Positions 40,600 through 52,999 of a stretch of 64,000 bases of DNA are shown here, piece by piece (positions within the stretch are counted from its first letter, which is position 1; every line of letters starts with the position of its first letter). The DNA is taken from NCBI RefSeq assembly GCF_963921235.1, contig NC_086097.1, forward strand, positions 123,816,001 to 123,880,000. The letters run 5' to 3'. This DNA is from Mobula hypostoma. Its lineage: Eukaryota. The translations under genes and the position numbers were made by a program. The notes beneath the pieces are model-generated. The model had not been told where the DNA came from. It saw nothing but the letters and a program-made list of their open reading frames with translations, and searched no databases.

Positions 40600-41333
40600 A
40601 GAGGGAACTATAGGTCCTTAGTTACTGACTTAGAGGGAGGGAATTACAGGTACAGAGTTACTGATGTTTAGGGAGGGAACTACAGGTACAGAGTTACCGA
40701 CGTAGAGAGAGGGAGCTAAAGGTACAGAGTTACTGACGTAGAGGGAGAGACATAGAGGTAAAGAGTTACTGACATAGAGAGAGAGAGAACTACAGGTACA
40801 GGGTTACTGATGTAGAGAGAGGGAATTACAGGTACAGAGTTACTGACAGAGAGAGGGAGCTACAGGTACAGAGTTACTGACGTGGAGGGAGAGAACTACA
40901 GGTACAGAGTTACTGACGTGGAGGGAGAGAACTACAGGTACAGAGTTACTGACGTGGAGGGAGAGAACTACAGGTACAGGGTTACTGACGTGGAGGGAGA
41001 GAACTACAGGTACAGAGTTACTGACGTAGAGGGAGAGAACTACAGGTAGAGTTACTGACGTAGAGGGAGAGAACTACAGGTACAGAGTTACTGATGTAGA
41101 GGGAGGGAACTACAGGTACAGAGTTATTGATGTACAGGGAGAGAACTACAGGTACAGAGTTACTGACGTAGAGGGAGGGAACTACAGGTGCAGAGTTACT
41201 GACATAGAGAGAGGGGGAACTACAGGTACAGAGTTACTGACGTAGAGGGAGGGAACTACAGGTCCAGAGTTACTGATATAGAGGGAGAGAACTACAGGTG
41301 CAGAGGTACTGATGCATATGGGGATAACTACAG
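40600..41333. repeat. 36-bp minisatellite, about 20 units
   Basis: Unit ACTACAGGTACAGAGTTACTGACGT(A/G)GAGGGAGAGA; period 36 (tacagg at 40861 and 40897). Confidence 0.95.
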
Positions 41334-42177
41334 TCCAAAGGTACCGAACCCTAATGGACTTGATGACTGCAGATCTGATGCCCTATGAGTTGATACTGAA
41401 GATCAAAGCGTGATGGTTAATCAGACGTCCATATCGAGCCTGGAGGTCAATTGGAATGCAGAAGTTGAGGCCCAATGGCCAGAGCCCTAAGTGTGCGAAT
41501 TCCTGCGAGTCAGCTGGGGAAGTCGAAGGTCCAGTGTCTGCGAATCCACACGTCCACTGGGGGCTGGAGGCTGGAAGCTGAAGAAGATGATCAATTCTGG
41601 AGTTAGAGAACTCTACGTGTGTGCGGGTGGGTAGGTGTGAGGAAGGAACGGGGCTTGTTTTGCTGTTGTTGCTTGTATAGTCTATCTTGTTGTGTTCGTT
41701 GTTGTTCTGCCAAGCATTGCGGGCATGCTTTGTTGGCACCGGACTGTGTGGCGACACTTGTGGGCTGCCTCCAGCACATCCTTAGGTGTGGAAGTTATTA
41801 ACATAAACAACACATTTCACTGTATGTATCAATGTACGTGTGATAAATAAATCTGAATCTAAATGGGCTAAGTGAAATCAAAGCCACTAGATGTTGTCGA
41901 GGATGTTCCCTTTGCCACTACTAATCCCTATGTGGATTAGCTTCTTAATGCTAAAACCTGGAACTCTTCTGCACTGTAAAAATGGGTATAACACATCCAA
42001 ATCATTCTGTGGCTGTTCCTCACTGTTGATTGTTTTAAATAGGAAATTACCTACTGGAAATAAGTAAGCAAATAAATAAGGATTTGAAGAGATTACTGTA
42101 ATTTAAGAAATTGAAAAGGAAGTTCCAACTTGGAGGATATCTCTTCTATCAAGTCTGGTTAAGTTTATTTTCAGTAG

Positions 42178-42205
42178 TTAGCCAGCTGTAGATGGGTTTA
42201 GTTTC
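42178..42205 (-). CDS. RGS22: Candidate RGS22 terminal coding exon (option B)
   Basis: Strong acceptor ccttttctattgcag|; phase-compatible, giving (K)KLNPSTAG*; AATAAA at 42169-42164. Confidence 0.35.
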
Positions 42206-42350
42206 CTGCAATAGAAAAGGTTACAGTTACCTCAACTTTCACTACTTGATATTGACATTGGCATCCACTGACCACAATCATGTCTGTTAACGTGTCAATG
42301 ATACCCCACCCCACACTGTTTTTACCCCAGCCAATCACAAGACTGTTCCA

Positions 42351-42543
42351 ACACAACATACACAAAATGCTGAAGGAGCTCAACAGGCCAGGCAGCATCT
42401 ATGGAAAAGAGTACAGTGGGCGCTTTGGCCCGAAATGCCCACTGTACACTTTTCCATAGATGCTGCCTGGCCTGCTGAGTTCCTCCAGCATTTTGTGTGT
42501 GTTGCTCAAAGTTCCAGCATCTGCAGATTTTCTCTTGCTTGTG
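42351..42543. mobile_element. Penelope-like fold-back (inverted pLTR) insertion
   Basis: Inverted arms of about 65 bp meeting inside the hammerhead stem II region; 14-bp TSD acaagactgttcca / acaagcctgttcca. Confidence 0.85.
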
Positions 42544-44448
42544 ACAAGCCTGTTCCAGTGGGTTGACGTGTAGCCTGTAATTAATCAACTGAAAAAACTA
42601 CAACTTTATTTTCTAGAATAATTCAGAAGCTGCTATTAGACAACTGATGATGCTGCACATAGTATATTAGAGAATATACTGCCATGAAAAGATCTGAATT
42701 GACATGAACAAAGTGACAATGGCCTAAAATTAGCAGTGGGGCACTCTCTAGTCTTCAACTACAGCTGCCTTGGTAGGTAGTGTCCCAGGACTAAAGCAAC
42801 TCACATTTTAAGACCATAAAACCATAAGATTTAGAAGGAGAATTAGGCCATCGGACCTGCTCTGCCATTCCATCATGGCTGATTTATTTTCTCCCAACCC
42901 CATTCTCCTGCCTTCTCCCCGTAACCATTGATACCCTTATGTATGGGAGGCCACATATAATCTGTATATAAGGTGCCTATGACATAGTTCCCACAGATAT
43001 AACAGCATGGAATTTTTTCTTTTGTCACTGTTCTACAATTTTGTAGTGTGTGGCTCTTGGAAAGGCTACATTTATTTTATTTAATGCATCGTGCACAGAG
43101 GAAGTGTGTGCTTTGAAGACATTTATGCTAGCCTATTGCACACGTGGCCTGTGGACAGTGTTTCCAAGTTTCAGTGTGATTTTCTTTATTTAGAGATACA
43201 GCACGGTAACAGGCCCTTCCGGCCCAACGAGACTGCACCACCCATTTACAGTCATGTGACCATTAGCCCACGAACCCATGCATCCTTGGGACGTAGGAGG
43301 AAACCAGAGCACCTGGAGGAAACCAACAGGAACATGGGGAGAACGCACAGACCCCGGCAAAATCGAACCAGGTACTGCACCGTACTGATATAAGATGGTC
43401 AGGTCCACAGCCATGATGTCGGACATAAGGGTTCTCCTACAAACAGACCTCTGTTAAGATTTGTAGTAGTTAACTGCTCCTAACATCCTACTGAGCCACG
43501 GGTGTCTAAAGAGTTGTCCATAACGATTATGTTAGCAACCTTACTCTGACGCAGTGGAATTCCCCGACACACTGCCTCCATGATACCCCACCTTACGATG
43601 ATTGCTTCCTCCTTCTCTCTCTGGCCAAGCACACGCTTCTCCCAATTTCCGTATTTCTCCCCCCCCCCCCCACTGAACAGAAGCAGCAGTGATGCAAGTG
43701 GAAGAACAAGCCTCGTGCCCAGCTGCTCTGAAAGCCAATTTGGCACATTAGGCAAATGTTACTACAGCCACAGCAACCTGGGTTCGCTTCCCACTGCTGT
43801 CCATAAGGAGTTTGTGCATTCTCCCTGTGACTGTGGGTTTCCTCTGGGTGCTCCGGTTCCCTCCCAAAACGTGTTAGTAGGTTAATTGGTCACATGGGTG
43901 GCCTGAGCTCGTTAGGTCAGAAGGACGTGTTATTGTGCTGTGTCTCTAAATAAATATTGTGCGTAATACCCTTTTGCAATAAAAGAATTCTACCTTCATT
44001 TGGATACTGAAAAGCCATTAAATATGCATCAGACCCTCAATTTATCAGCAGTTTAACATACAATTTCCAATTAAGAAAAATCTCTTTCTTTTTTTCTTTC
44101 TTTTTAAATCTTTTTATTGAGTAAGTATACAAAAAAGGTAAGCCATATAAACATTAATACAATGTTAAAGTATAATAAAATTCCAAAAGATAACAATACC
44201 AAAAAGAAAATACTACAAACAATGTAATTTAAGCATAAGAAACCAAGATAACATAATAGTATACTAGATTTTATATATATCAATGGAAAAAAAGAAAAAA
44301 AAAACCCAAAAAAAAAACCCACCGTGCAACTAACTAAAAGCAAAGCAAAGCAATGGGCTAACTTGAAACCAAACAGAGTTAAACTTAAAATCACGTCCTC
44401 AATCCCGACCTCCATTAAAACAGTGAAAAAAAACAAGAAGGGTAAATA

Positions 44449-47400
44449 TTACATTAAATGAAAATATCGAATAAAAGGTCCCCAAATCTGTTCAAATTTA
44501 AATGAAGAATCATAAAGGTTACTTCTAATTTTCTCCAGATTCAAACATAAAATCGTCTGAGAAAACCAAAAAAAGGTAGTTGGAGCATTAAGCTCTTTCC
44601 AATGTTGTAAAATACATCTTTTCGCCATTAAAGTAAGAAGTGCAATCATTCTACGGGCTGAAGGGGAAAGATTACTAGAAATTTTAGGTAGTCCAAAGAT
44701 AGCAGTAATAGGGTGAGGAGAGATATCTATATTTAATACCTTAGAAATAATATTGAAAATATCTCTCCAAAAAGTTTCCAAAGTAGGGCAAGACCAAAAC
44801 ATATGAGTTAAAGAGGCTATCTGCCCCGAACATCTATCACAGAAAGGATTAATATGCGAGTAAAAACGCGCTAACTTATCTTTGGACATATGTGCTCTAT
44901 GCACCACTTTAAATTGAATTAGGGAATGTTTAGCACAAATAGAGGAAGTATTAACTAATTGTAAAATCTGCCCCCAATCATCCACAGAAATGGTAAGCCC
45001 CAATTCCTGTTCCCAATCTACCCTAATCTTATCAAATGGAGCTTTCCTAAGTTTCATAATAATATTATAAATCATAGCCGATGCACCTTTCTGACATGGA
45101 TTAAGGTTAATTATCGAATCTAAAATATATATAGGAGGAAGCATTGGAAAGGAAGAAAGTATAGTACTTAGGAAATTTCTAACTTGTAAATATCTAAAAA
45201 AATGTATTCTTGATAAGTTATATTTATTAGATAATTGTTCAAAAGACATAAGGGAACCATCTAAAAATAAATCCAAAAACCGTAAAATACCCTTAGTCTT
45301 CCAAGTTTGAAAAGCGCGATCCGTAAAAGAGGGAGGAAAAAATATGTTACCTAAAATAGGAATCGCTAACCCGAATTGATTAAGATCAAAAAATTTTCTG
45401 AATTGAAACCAAATACGCAAAGCATATTTAACGATCGGGTTAGAGACCTGCTTAAGGCGTTTCGAATCAAAAGGAAGAGATGAACCTAAAATAGAACCAA
45501 GTGTATAACCCTGAACAGATTGTAATTCCAATGCTACCCATTTAGGAATAGATAGTATATCCCGGTCAAGTAACCAAAATTTCATATGTCGAATATTAAT
45601 AGCCCAATAATAAAATCTAAAGTTAGATAATGCTAAACCTCCATCTCTCTTAGCTTTCTGTAAATGTATTTTACCCAGTCTCGGATTCTTATTCTGCCAA
45701 ATAAATGAAGAAATTTTAGAGTCGACTTTATCAAAAAAAGATTTAGGAACGAAAATTGGTAATGCCTGAAACACATATAAAAATTTTGGCAAAAAAAACA
45801 TCTTAACTGCATTAATACGACCAATCAAAGTTAAATATAAGGGAAACCATTTAGATGAAAGTTGAGTAATATGGTCTATTAATGATAAAAAGTTAGTCTT
45901 AAATAAATCTTTATGTTTACAAGTAATTTTAATCCCAAGATATGAAAGGTAATTATTAATCAATTTAAATGGAAATTTATAATATAAGGGAAGATGTTTA
46001 TTAATCGGAAAAAGTTCACTCTTACTAAGATTTAATTTATAACCTGAGAAAAGACCAAATTGTGCTAATAACTCTAAAACAACAGGAATAGATCTCTCAG
46101 GATTAGAAATATATAAAAGTAAATCATCAGCATAGAGTGATAATTTATGGGACTTTAATCCCCGAGTTATCCCAGTAATATTTGAAGATTCTCGAATAGC
46201 AATTGCAAGAGGTTCTAATGCAATATCAAATAATAGGGGACTAAGAGGACAGCCTTGTCGAGTACCACGAAAGAGAGGAAAAAAAGGTGAGTTTAAAGAG
46301 TTAGTACGAACCGAGGCTACAGGGGAGTGATATAACAGTTTAATCCAGGATATAAATTTCAAGCTAAAATTAAACATTTCAAGCACCTTAAATAAATAAG
46401 GCCATTCTACTCTATCAAAAGCTTTCTCGGCATCTAAAGAAATAACACACTCAGGAACATTTTGTGAGGGAGTATAAACGATATTTAACAATGTACGAAT
46501 ATTATAAAAAGAGTAACGACCTTTAATAAAACCCGTTTGGTCTTCCGAAATAATAGAAGGAAGTACTTTTTCTAGTCTATTTGCTAATAACTTAGAAAAA
46601 ACTTTAGAATCAACATTTAATAAAGATATTGGTCTATAAGATGCACATTGAGCAGGGTCTTTATCCTTCTTTAGTATTAAAGAAATTGATGCTCTATTAA
46701 AAGATTCCGGAAGTTTACCAAGTTTCAAAGAAGCCTCAAAAACCTTATAGAGCCAAGGAATCAATAAAGAAGCAAAACATTTATAAAATTCAACGGTAAA
46801 CCCATCAGGGCCAGGAGCTTTCCCCAGATTCATAGAAAAAATAACATTCTTAATCTCATCCATTGTAATGGAAGTATCTAATAAAGAAGACATATCCTGT
46901 GAAATCTGAGGAAAGTCTAACTTATCTAAAAAATCATTCATATATTTAGAATCTCGAGGAGACTCTGATTGATATAAAGAAGAATAAAAATCACAAAAGG
47001 TTTGATTAATCCCCACATGATTCAATATCAATCGATCATCTTGGTTATAAATCTGATTGATTTGAGATTTAACATAATTAGATTTCAATTGATTAGCCAG
47101 CAGCTTGCCAATTTTATCACTGTGAACATAAAAATCACTTCTTGTTTTCTTTAATTGGTTTACAATCGAGGACGAGAGTAGTAAACTGTGTTCCATTTGA
47201 AGTTCAGTTCTTTGTTTGTATAGCTCCTCAGAAGGAGCCATAACATATTTCTTATCAATTTCTTTAATCTTGTCCACAATTGCCATCTCCTCCTGCTTCT
47301 GTTTCTTCCTCAAAGCAACGGAATACGAAATAATCTGACCCCGAATATAGGCTTTAAAAGTGTCCCAAAGAGTGTTAACCGAAATATCTTCTGTATGGTT

Positions 47401-48225
47401 AATTGTAAAAAAAAGCTCAATCTGTTCATTCATAAAATTAACAAAGTCCGAGTCCTGAAGCAACAGCGAATTAAAACGCCATTGTCTATTGTTTGGTATA
47501 TTGGCCATAATTTTAATAGAAAGCTTAAGTGGAGCATGATCCGAAATGGTTATAGAATCATAATCACATTTAATCACTGAAGGAATGAGACGAGAATCAA
47601 TAAAAAAATAATCAATTCTTGAATAGGAATGATGAACATGTGAAAAAAAGGAAAAATCTTTTTCCTGAGGATGCAGAAAACGCCAAATGTCCGTCGACCC
47701 AGAATCAGAAAGGAAAAAATTAATCAAATTTGCAGATTTATTAGGTAAAGTCCGTAAAGGAGCCGAACGGTCCAAAGCTGGAGATAAACAGGTATTAAGA
47801 TCTCCGCCCCAAATCAATGAAAACTCGTTCAAATTCGGAAACTGATCAAACAATGATTTATAAAATTCCGGACAATCCATATTAGGAGCATAAACATTAA
47901 CCAAAACTACTTATTTATTAAATAGTAAACCACTAACCAATAAAAATCTACCATTCGGATCAGAGATAATATCCTGTTGTATAAAAGTAACTGAGGAATC
48001 TATAAAAATAGAGACGCCTCGAATCTTAGCATTGGAGTTCGAATGAAATTGTTGTCCCTTCCAGAATTTGAAAAAACGTAGTCTGTCCCCCCTCCGTACA
48101 TGGGTCTCTTGTAAAAATAAAATTTGTGCTTTAAGTCTCCGGAACACTTTAAAAACTGTTTTTCTTTTAATAGGATGATTAAGACCATTAGTATTCCAGG
48201 AGACAAAATTAATAATAGACTCCAT
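44449..48225 (-). pseudogene. L1 ORF2 (APE endonuclease, RT, CCHC), 1259 codons with a single in-frame TAA at 47913-47911
   Basis: SWNTNG, LQETH, VYAPN, GGDLN, YSRIDYF, SDHAP; YRPISLLN, SLDAEKAFD, GTRQGCPLSP, LYADD; CDRC...HMFWSC. ORFs 47911..48279 and 44449..47904 share a frame. Confidence 0.95.
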
Positions 48226-48950
48226 AAATCCTAAAGTCAACCCACAACAAGGAGGATTGACAATAGGCGCGACCCACAAACCCGGAGAGGAAACAGAACA
48301 TACAAAAGATACCAGGGAAAAGGACGCAACCAGAACTTCAATAATGTATATAGCCCAAAGAAAAACAAACTAAAACGTGAAGCCCCTCCCGCCACCCCCC
48401 AGCCCAAGACCCCAAGGCAAAATCTAAAGCAGACCCGCCAGAAAGAAGCAAGCGCTAAAACTACCCCCATGACTTCCGGTATACGCTCCCTAAAAAAAAG
48501 GTATAAATATGAAAAGGATCAGCTAATTGTAAAACAGTAAAAAAATAAGTAAAAAAAAAGTTAGCTCAATTAGAATACACACAGAACAGAACAAAAGCCG
48601 GAAAATATATATTAAAAAAAAAACCACAATAAACCTCAAACTCATGAATAGACACAGCAACAAAAAAAAATAGGATTATTAACATAAAGTGATTATAAAA
48701 AGCAAAACAGAATAAAATTTAAACAAAAACTACAAAATTTAAGGCCGCACAGGAAATACGTAAGATGACAAAAGGGAAGTAACCACCCAGAATCCCCTGG
48801 GAAAAGAAAGAAATGACGCAGTTAAAAAGAAAGTTTAGCAGCCATATTAAGAAATCGAAAGTAAACTTTTCTGCCCAAATAGGGCACAGAAAAGTTAAAA
48901 CCAACCAATTCACAGCCTCCGATCAACGGAGAAAATTAAAAAGAAGGCAA

Positions 48951-49798
48951 TTAAGATGTTGGAGATGAAAGTTGATCCAGATAACTCTGGGCATCCGATG
49001 GAAAATCAAAAAAACGAAGGGCTCCATCTGACATGCGAATCCTTAGACGTGCAGGGTACAGCAGCGCTGGTCTTAAATCCATCTTATAGAATTCCGACAT
49101 CACGGATCTGTAACGGACCCGTTGGTCCCAGATTGGTTTACTGAAATCTTCCACGAATCGGAACTTAAGATCCGAAAAATCAATGAAACCTTTAGATCGA
49201 GCGAATCGAAACAGTCTCTCCTTGTCTTGAAAGTAATGAAAACGTAAGATAACATGCCTAGGTCTATCTAACCTAGACGAGTATGATGGGATTCTGTGAA
49301 CACGATCCAGTAGCGGTGGTTGGTCAGGAAATACAGTAGGAATGGGTTGTTAGCTTCAACGGCTTCCCTCACGCCGATCATTCGTAAATTCTGCCGTCGC
49401 ATTCTAGATTCCAAGTCAGAGTTTTTAAAAGTCAAAAAGTCCAGTTTCTTCTTCATTACATTAATTGTTTCTTCGATTTTCCCCATCTTAAGCTCACTTT
49501 GTTGCGCGAATTTTTGAAGATCAGATATAGCCGACTGATGTTCCGCAATACATGTTTGCATCTTATCAATTAAATCGGCAATTTTCTGGAAATTAGTTGA
49601 GATTTCCGTATGAATCAGGTCTTTAACAAAGCCTGCAATTTCCGTACGAATCATCTCCCTAACAGAGGTTGAAATTTCCCTCTGAATTAACTCCGATATC
49701 GCTTTCAAAGTCACCGGTGATTCAGTCGGAGGGAGATCCGTAGCTTTCGGTTTAACCGGAGGTTTACCATCCTTGCCGTCTTTCCCGTTCTTAGACAT
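48951..49798 (-). pseudogene. L1 ORF1 (coiled coil, RRM, CTD) with one frameshift near 49345
   Basis: DLESRMRRQNLRMIGVRE, then in another frame LDRVHR...RPRHVILRFHYFQDKE...EDFS...ALLYPARLRI. Confidence 0.9.
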
Positions 49799-50499
49799 AG
49801 CAGATCTAAGTATCATCCAATTGTCAGAGAATTCAGTTTAATTCAAAGTATTGTAAAAATTGATGCCTTAATGGTTAATTAAAGTATAGCTGACCATAGA
49901 GAAAAAAAACTCAGAGGTAATGGAGCGAGTCAAGAACGCGACTTCACTCCATGAGCGCTACCGGAAGTCCCTCAGAAAAATCTCAAGGACAATTAATTCC
50001 TTATACCAGGCGGTAAGGTCCGTAACCAGCCATTAAGGACAGGAGGGAGCTGGGAAAAACAAGGTTGCTTCTCCAGTGGTAGATGGGATGGAGGCGAAGA
50101 GCAGTCCTACATTGTTTCTTCCAGCCACCAAGACTGATAGTTCTTTACTCGTAAGTCTTTCACAACCAACCATGAGACCAAAATACAGAAATGAGTATCA
50201 TTGTTCTCCCACACCCATCACCTCCCACTATGATAAAATACCTTCCGCCAATCCTAATACCCTTACACTGGCCTGGTCTTTATTTTCCGCCCCCCCCCGC
50301 CCCCACCCCCGGCCACCACTTCCCCATAGTCACCTTACCACAGGAGCAACTCAAATCTTCCTTCACCATTTCACAACCTCTCCTAACCAACACAACCCCT
50401 GACTACAGCACAGGCCCCATTGCAGCCCATGAATGCTGGCCATGTCAATCCCTGAATCCGACTTAATTCCTGATTCCTGAATGTTTTCCTTGATTTTCA

Positions 50500-51310
50500 A
50501 ACATAGAACATTCCAGCACATTACAGGCTCTTCAGCTCTCGATGTTGTGCTGATCTATTAACCTACTCTAGAATTAAATCTAACCTTCCCTCTCACTTAA
50601 CACTTTATTTTCCTTTCACCAATGTGCTTATCGATGAGCCCCTTAACTGTCCCTAATGCATCTGCTTCTACCACATCCCTGGCACGCACCATTCTCTGTG
50701 TAAAAACACTTTATCTCTAAATCAACCCCCTACTTTCATCCAATCACTTTAAGACTATGCCCTCCCCCACCTAATGGTATTTGACATTTCTGCCTCGGGA
50801 ATAGGTCTCTGGCTGTCTACTCGATTTATGCCTTTTAGTATCTTCAACCCCTCTATCAAGTCACCTCTCATCATCCTTCACTCCAAAGTGAAAAGCCCTG
50901 GGTAACATGCGTAAAATGCTGGAGGAACTCAGCAATGTCAGGTAGTATCTATGTAGAGGAGTAAACAGCTGATATTTTGGGCCTCAGACTCTGATGAAGG
51001 ATCCTGATTTAGGGTCTTGGCCTGACACGTTGACAGTTTATTCATCTCCATAGATGCTGTCTGAACTGCTGAGTTATTCCACCTTTTTGTGTATGTTACT
51101 CTGGACTTACAGCACCTGTAGAGTCTCTTGTGTTGTCTGAGAAATGCCATAGCTCACTTAATCTATCGTCATAAAACATGCTGTGTAATCCAGGAGGCAT
51201 CCTGGTGAATCTCCTCTGCAGTCTCTCTAAGGCTTCTACATCCTTTCTAAACTGAACTGAACACAATACTCCAAGTGTGGTCTAACCAGGGTTTTCTAGA
51301 GCTACAACAT
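50500..51310 (-). mobile_element. CR1 fragment interrupted by a PLE fold-back (about 50903-51140)
   Basis: CR1 3' sequence split at gaaaagccct; inverted PLE arms lie between. Confidence 0.75.
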
Positions 51311-51411
51311 TTTGGGCCTGAGGAGCCATTAAAGTTTGAGGCAATATTACATTTGTAGCAGGAGTCAGAATTCCCTTACAATAGCCATCTAATCTAGCAC
51401 ATACATCCATG

Positions 51412-51439
51412 TCAGTTAACAAGAGATTCTATGTCTATA
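51412..51439 (-). CDS. RGS22: Candidate RGS22 terminal coding exon (option A)
   Basis: Acceptor cttacatttcag|; phase-compatible, giving (N)IDIESLVN*. Confidence 0.3.
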
Positions 51440-52091
51440 CTGAAATGTAAGATATTTCAGAATATATCAAATAATTACTGGAAAAAGCCTCGTTACTGCA
51501 GTTTAATACATATTGCAAAGTCTACTCTTTCTGCATTCTTCAAAGAGACAACTTTGATATTCAGAGTAGCACAAACAAAAGGCTGGAGGAACTCTGCACG
51601 TCAGGCAGCATCTATGGAAGGGAATAAATGTTTAACATTGAGCCGAGACCCTTCATCAGGACCTGATATGAAAGGTCTCAGGGATGGCTTTGACATTCAG
51701 AATAACATGCCCAAAATGCTGGAGGAACTCAGCAGGTTCTAGCATCTATGGAGGGGAATAAATAATCAGTGTTTCGGGTCAAAACCATTCATCGGGGCCT
51801 GATATGAAAGATCTCAGCCTGAATTGTTCCTCTCCATAGTTACTGTCTGACCTGCTGAGGTCCTCCAGCATTTTATGTTTGTTACTCTGGATTTTTAGCA
51901 TCTGCAGAAACTTTTGTGCTTATGATTTTGAGATTCAAAATCTGTTCCGATGGCATGAATTCCATTCCTTCCTTCTAAGAATGAAGGTGAATGGCCAAAG
52001 GTGTTTTTTTCCATCTCAACAAATTCCTGTGCATGCCATCCAAAATCTGGTTTGCAATACTCAATACCGGGCAAGTTCACTTTGGACTCAC

Positions 52092-52167
52092 TTGTTGTAA
52101 TAAAACAGTTTTGAATATTTAGATGATTCACTTAAGTTGTTTGGTGCCATATGGTATTTTGAAGAGC
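52092..52167 (-). CDS. RGS22: RGS22 3' coding exon (76 nt)
   Basis: ctttctttttcacag|...ACAA|gtgagt; only the phase-compatible frame is open: (G)SSKYHMAPNNLSESSKYSKLFYYN. Confidence 0.7.
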
Positions 52168-52815
52168 CTGTGAAAAAGAAAGTTAACTTACTATAAAGTA
52201 CTTGTAGGGAAAAGTAGGACCAAAAAGCACAGCCTCAGAATAGAAGGATGTCCCTTTAGAACAGAGATGAGGAGGAATTTCATTAGTTAGAAGGTGGTGA
52301 ATCTGTGGACTTCATTGCCACAGTCTGCTGTGGAGACCAAGTCATTAGGTATATTTAAAGTGGAGATTGATAAGGGATTGATTAATAAGATATCAAAGGT
52401 TACGGGGAGAGGGCAGGCGAATGGGGTTGAGATGGATAATAAATCAGCCATGGTGGAATGGTAGTGCAGACTAGATGGATGGAATGCCTGATTCTGTCCT
52501 ATGTCTTATGGTCATATGCATTAAGATGCAATATTGCAGGCCAAGTATATGTAACCTGATGTATTTGGCCATTAGCAAATATGATATTTAACATTACTCT
52601 CTATTGAAAAAGATTATCAGCAACGTTTCTGTCTAGAGATGGGCTTTGAAGTTGCATTTTCCAGTTAAGTATGCTATACCACTTCAGGTGAGGGAGGGAG
52701 GGAGAGGGTATTGATATATTGAGGAAAGGAAAGGAAGAGATTGAGAGACTGAGAAATTTAATACAGGGCACAGGCAGAATTCTCAATCCCAAGACTGTTG
52801 AATTTAAAAGTTTAC

Positions 52816-52909
52816 CTGCAATTGTCCCTTGCTCCATAGTCGCTTGTCTTAAAATCAGTGCCTTCTCCCTATCCAGTGCCTCCACGTATTTGGACAAGGA
52901 CCAGGAAAG
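52816..52909 (-). CDS. RGS22: RGS22 (regulator of G-protein signalling 22) coding exon (94 nt)
   Basis: tcctctacag|...GCAG|gtaaac. Encodes LSWSLSKYVEALDREKALILRQ, resembling recalled human RGS22 PTWCYSKYIEALEQERILLKIQ. RGS22 is upstream of COX6C on the same strand in human. Confidence 0.82.
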
Positions 52910-52999
52910 CTGTAGAGGATAAAGTAAAAGATTTTACATTGGCTTACTTTTAAAGGAGCAACCTTTCTTTTCTATCGTATGACCATCATTATTGATGAA

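Larger units (their letters stand above)
44085..49973 (-). mobile_element. Full-length L1-clade LINE (5.9 kb)
   Basis: 11-bp TSD agaaaaatctc (44074-84 / 49974-84); 5' end GGGACTTCCGGT; ORF1, about 725-nt spacer, ORF2, AATAAA and A-rich tail. Confidence 0.96.

Noticed and set aside
40600..41333. 36-bp periodic array as a CRISPR array
   Set aside because: Units are contiguous with no unique spacers, there are no cas genes, and the context is vertebrate; it is a minisatellite.
43994..44006. 13-nt minus-strand microexon (ttttcag|TATCCAAATGAAG|gtagaa)
   Set aside because: Weak donor, frame-shifting length and no homology support.
44449..47904. 1151-aa RT ORF as a novel RT system (retron, DGR or domesticated gene)
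   Set aside because: APE-RT-CCHC architecture, upstream ORF1, A-rich tail and TSD fully explain it as L1 ORF2; a nonsense codon argues against domestication.
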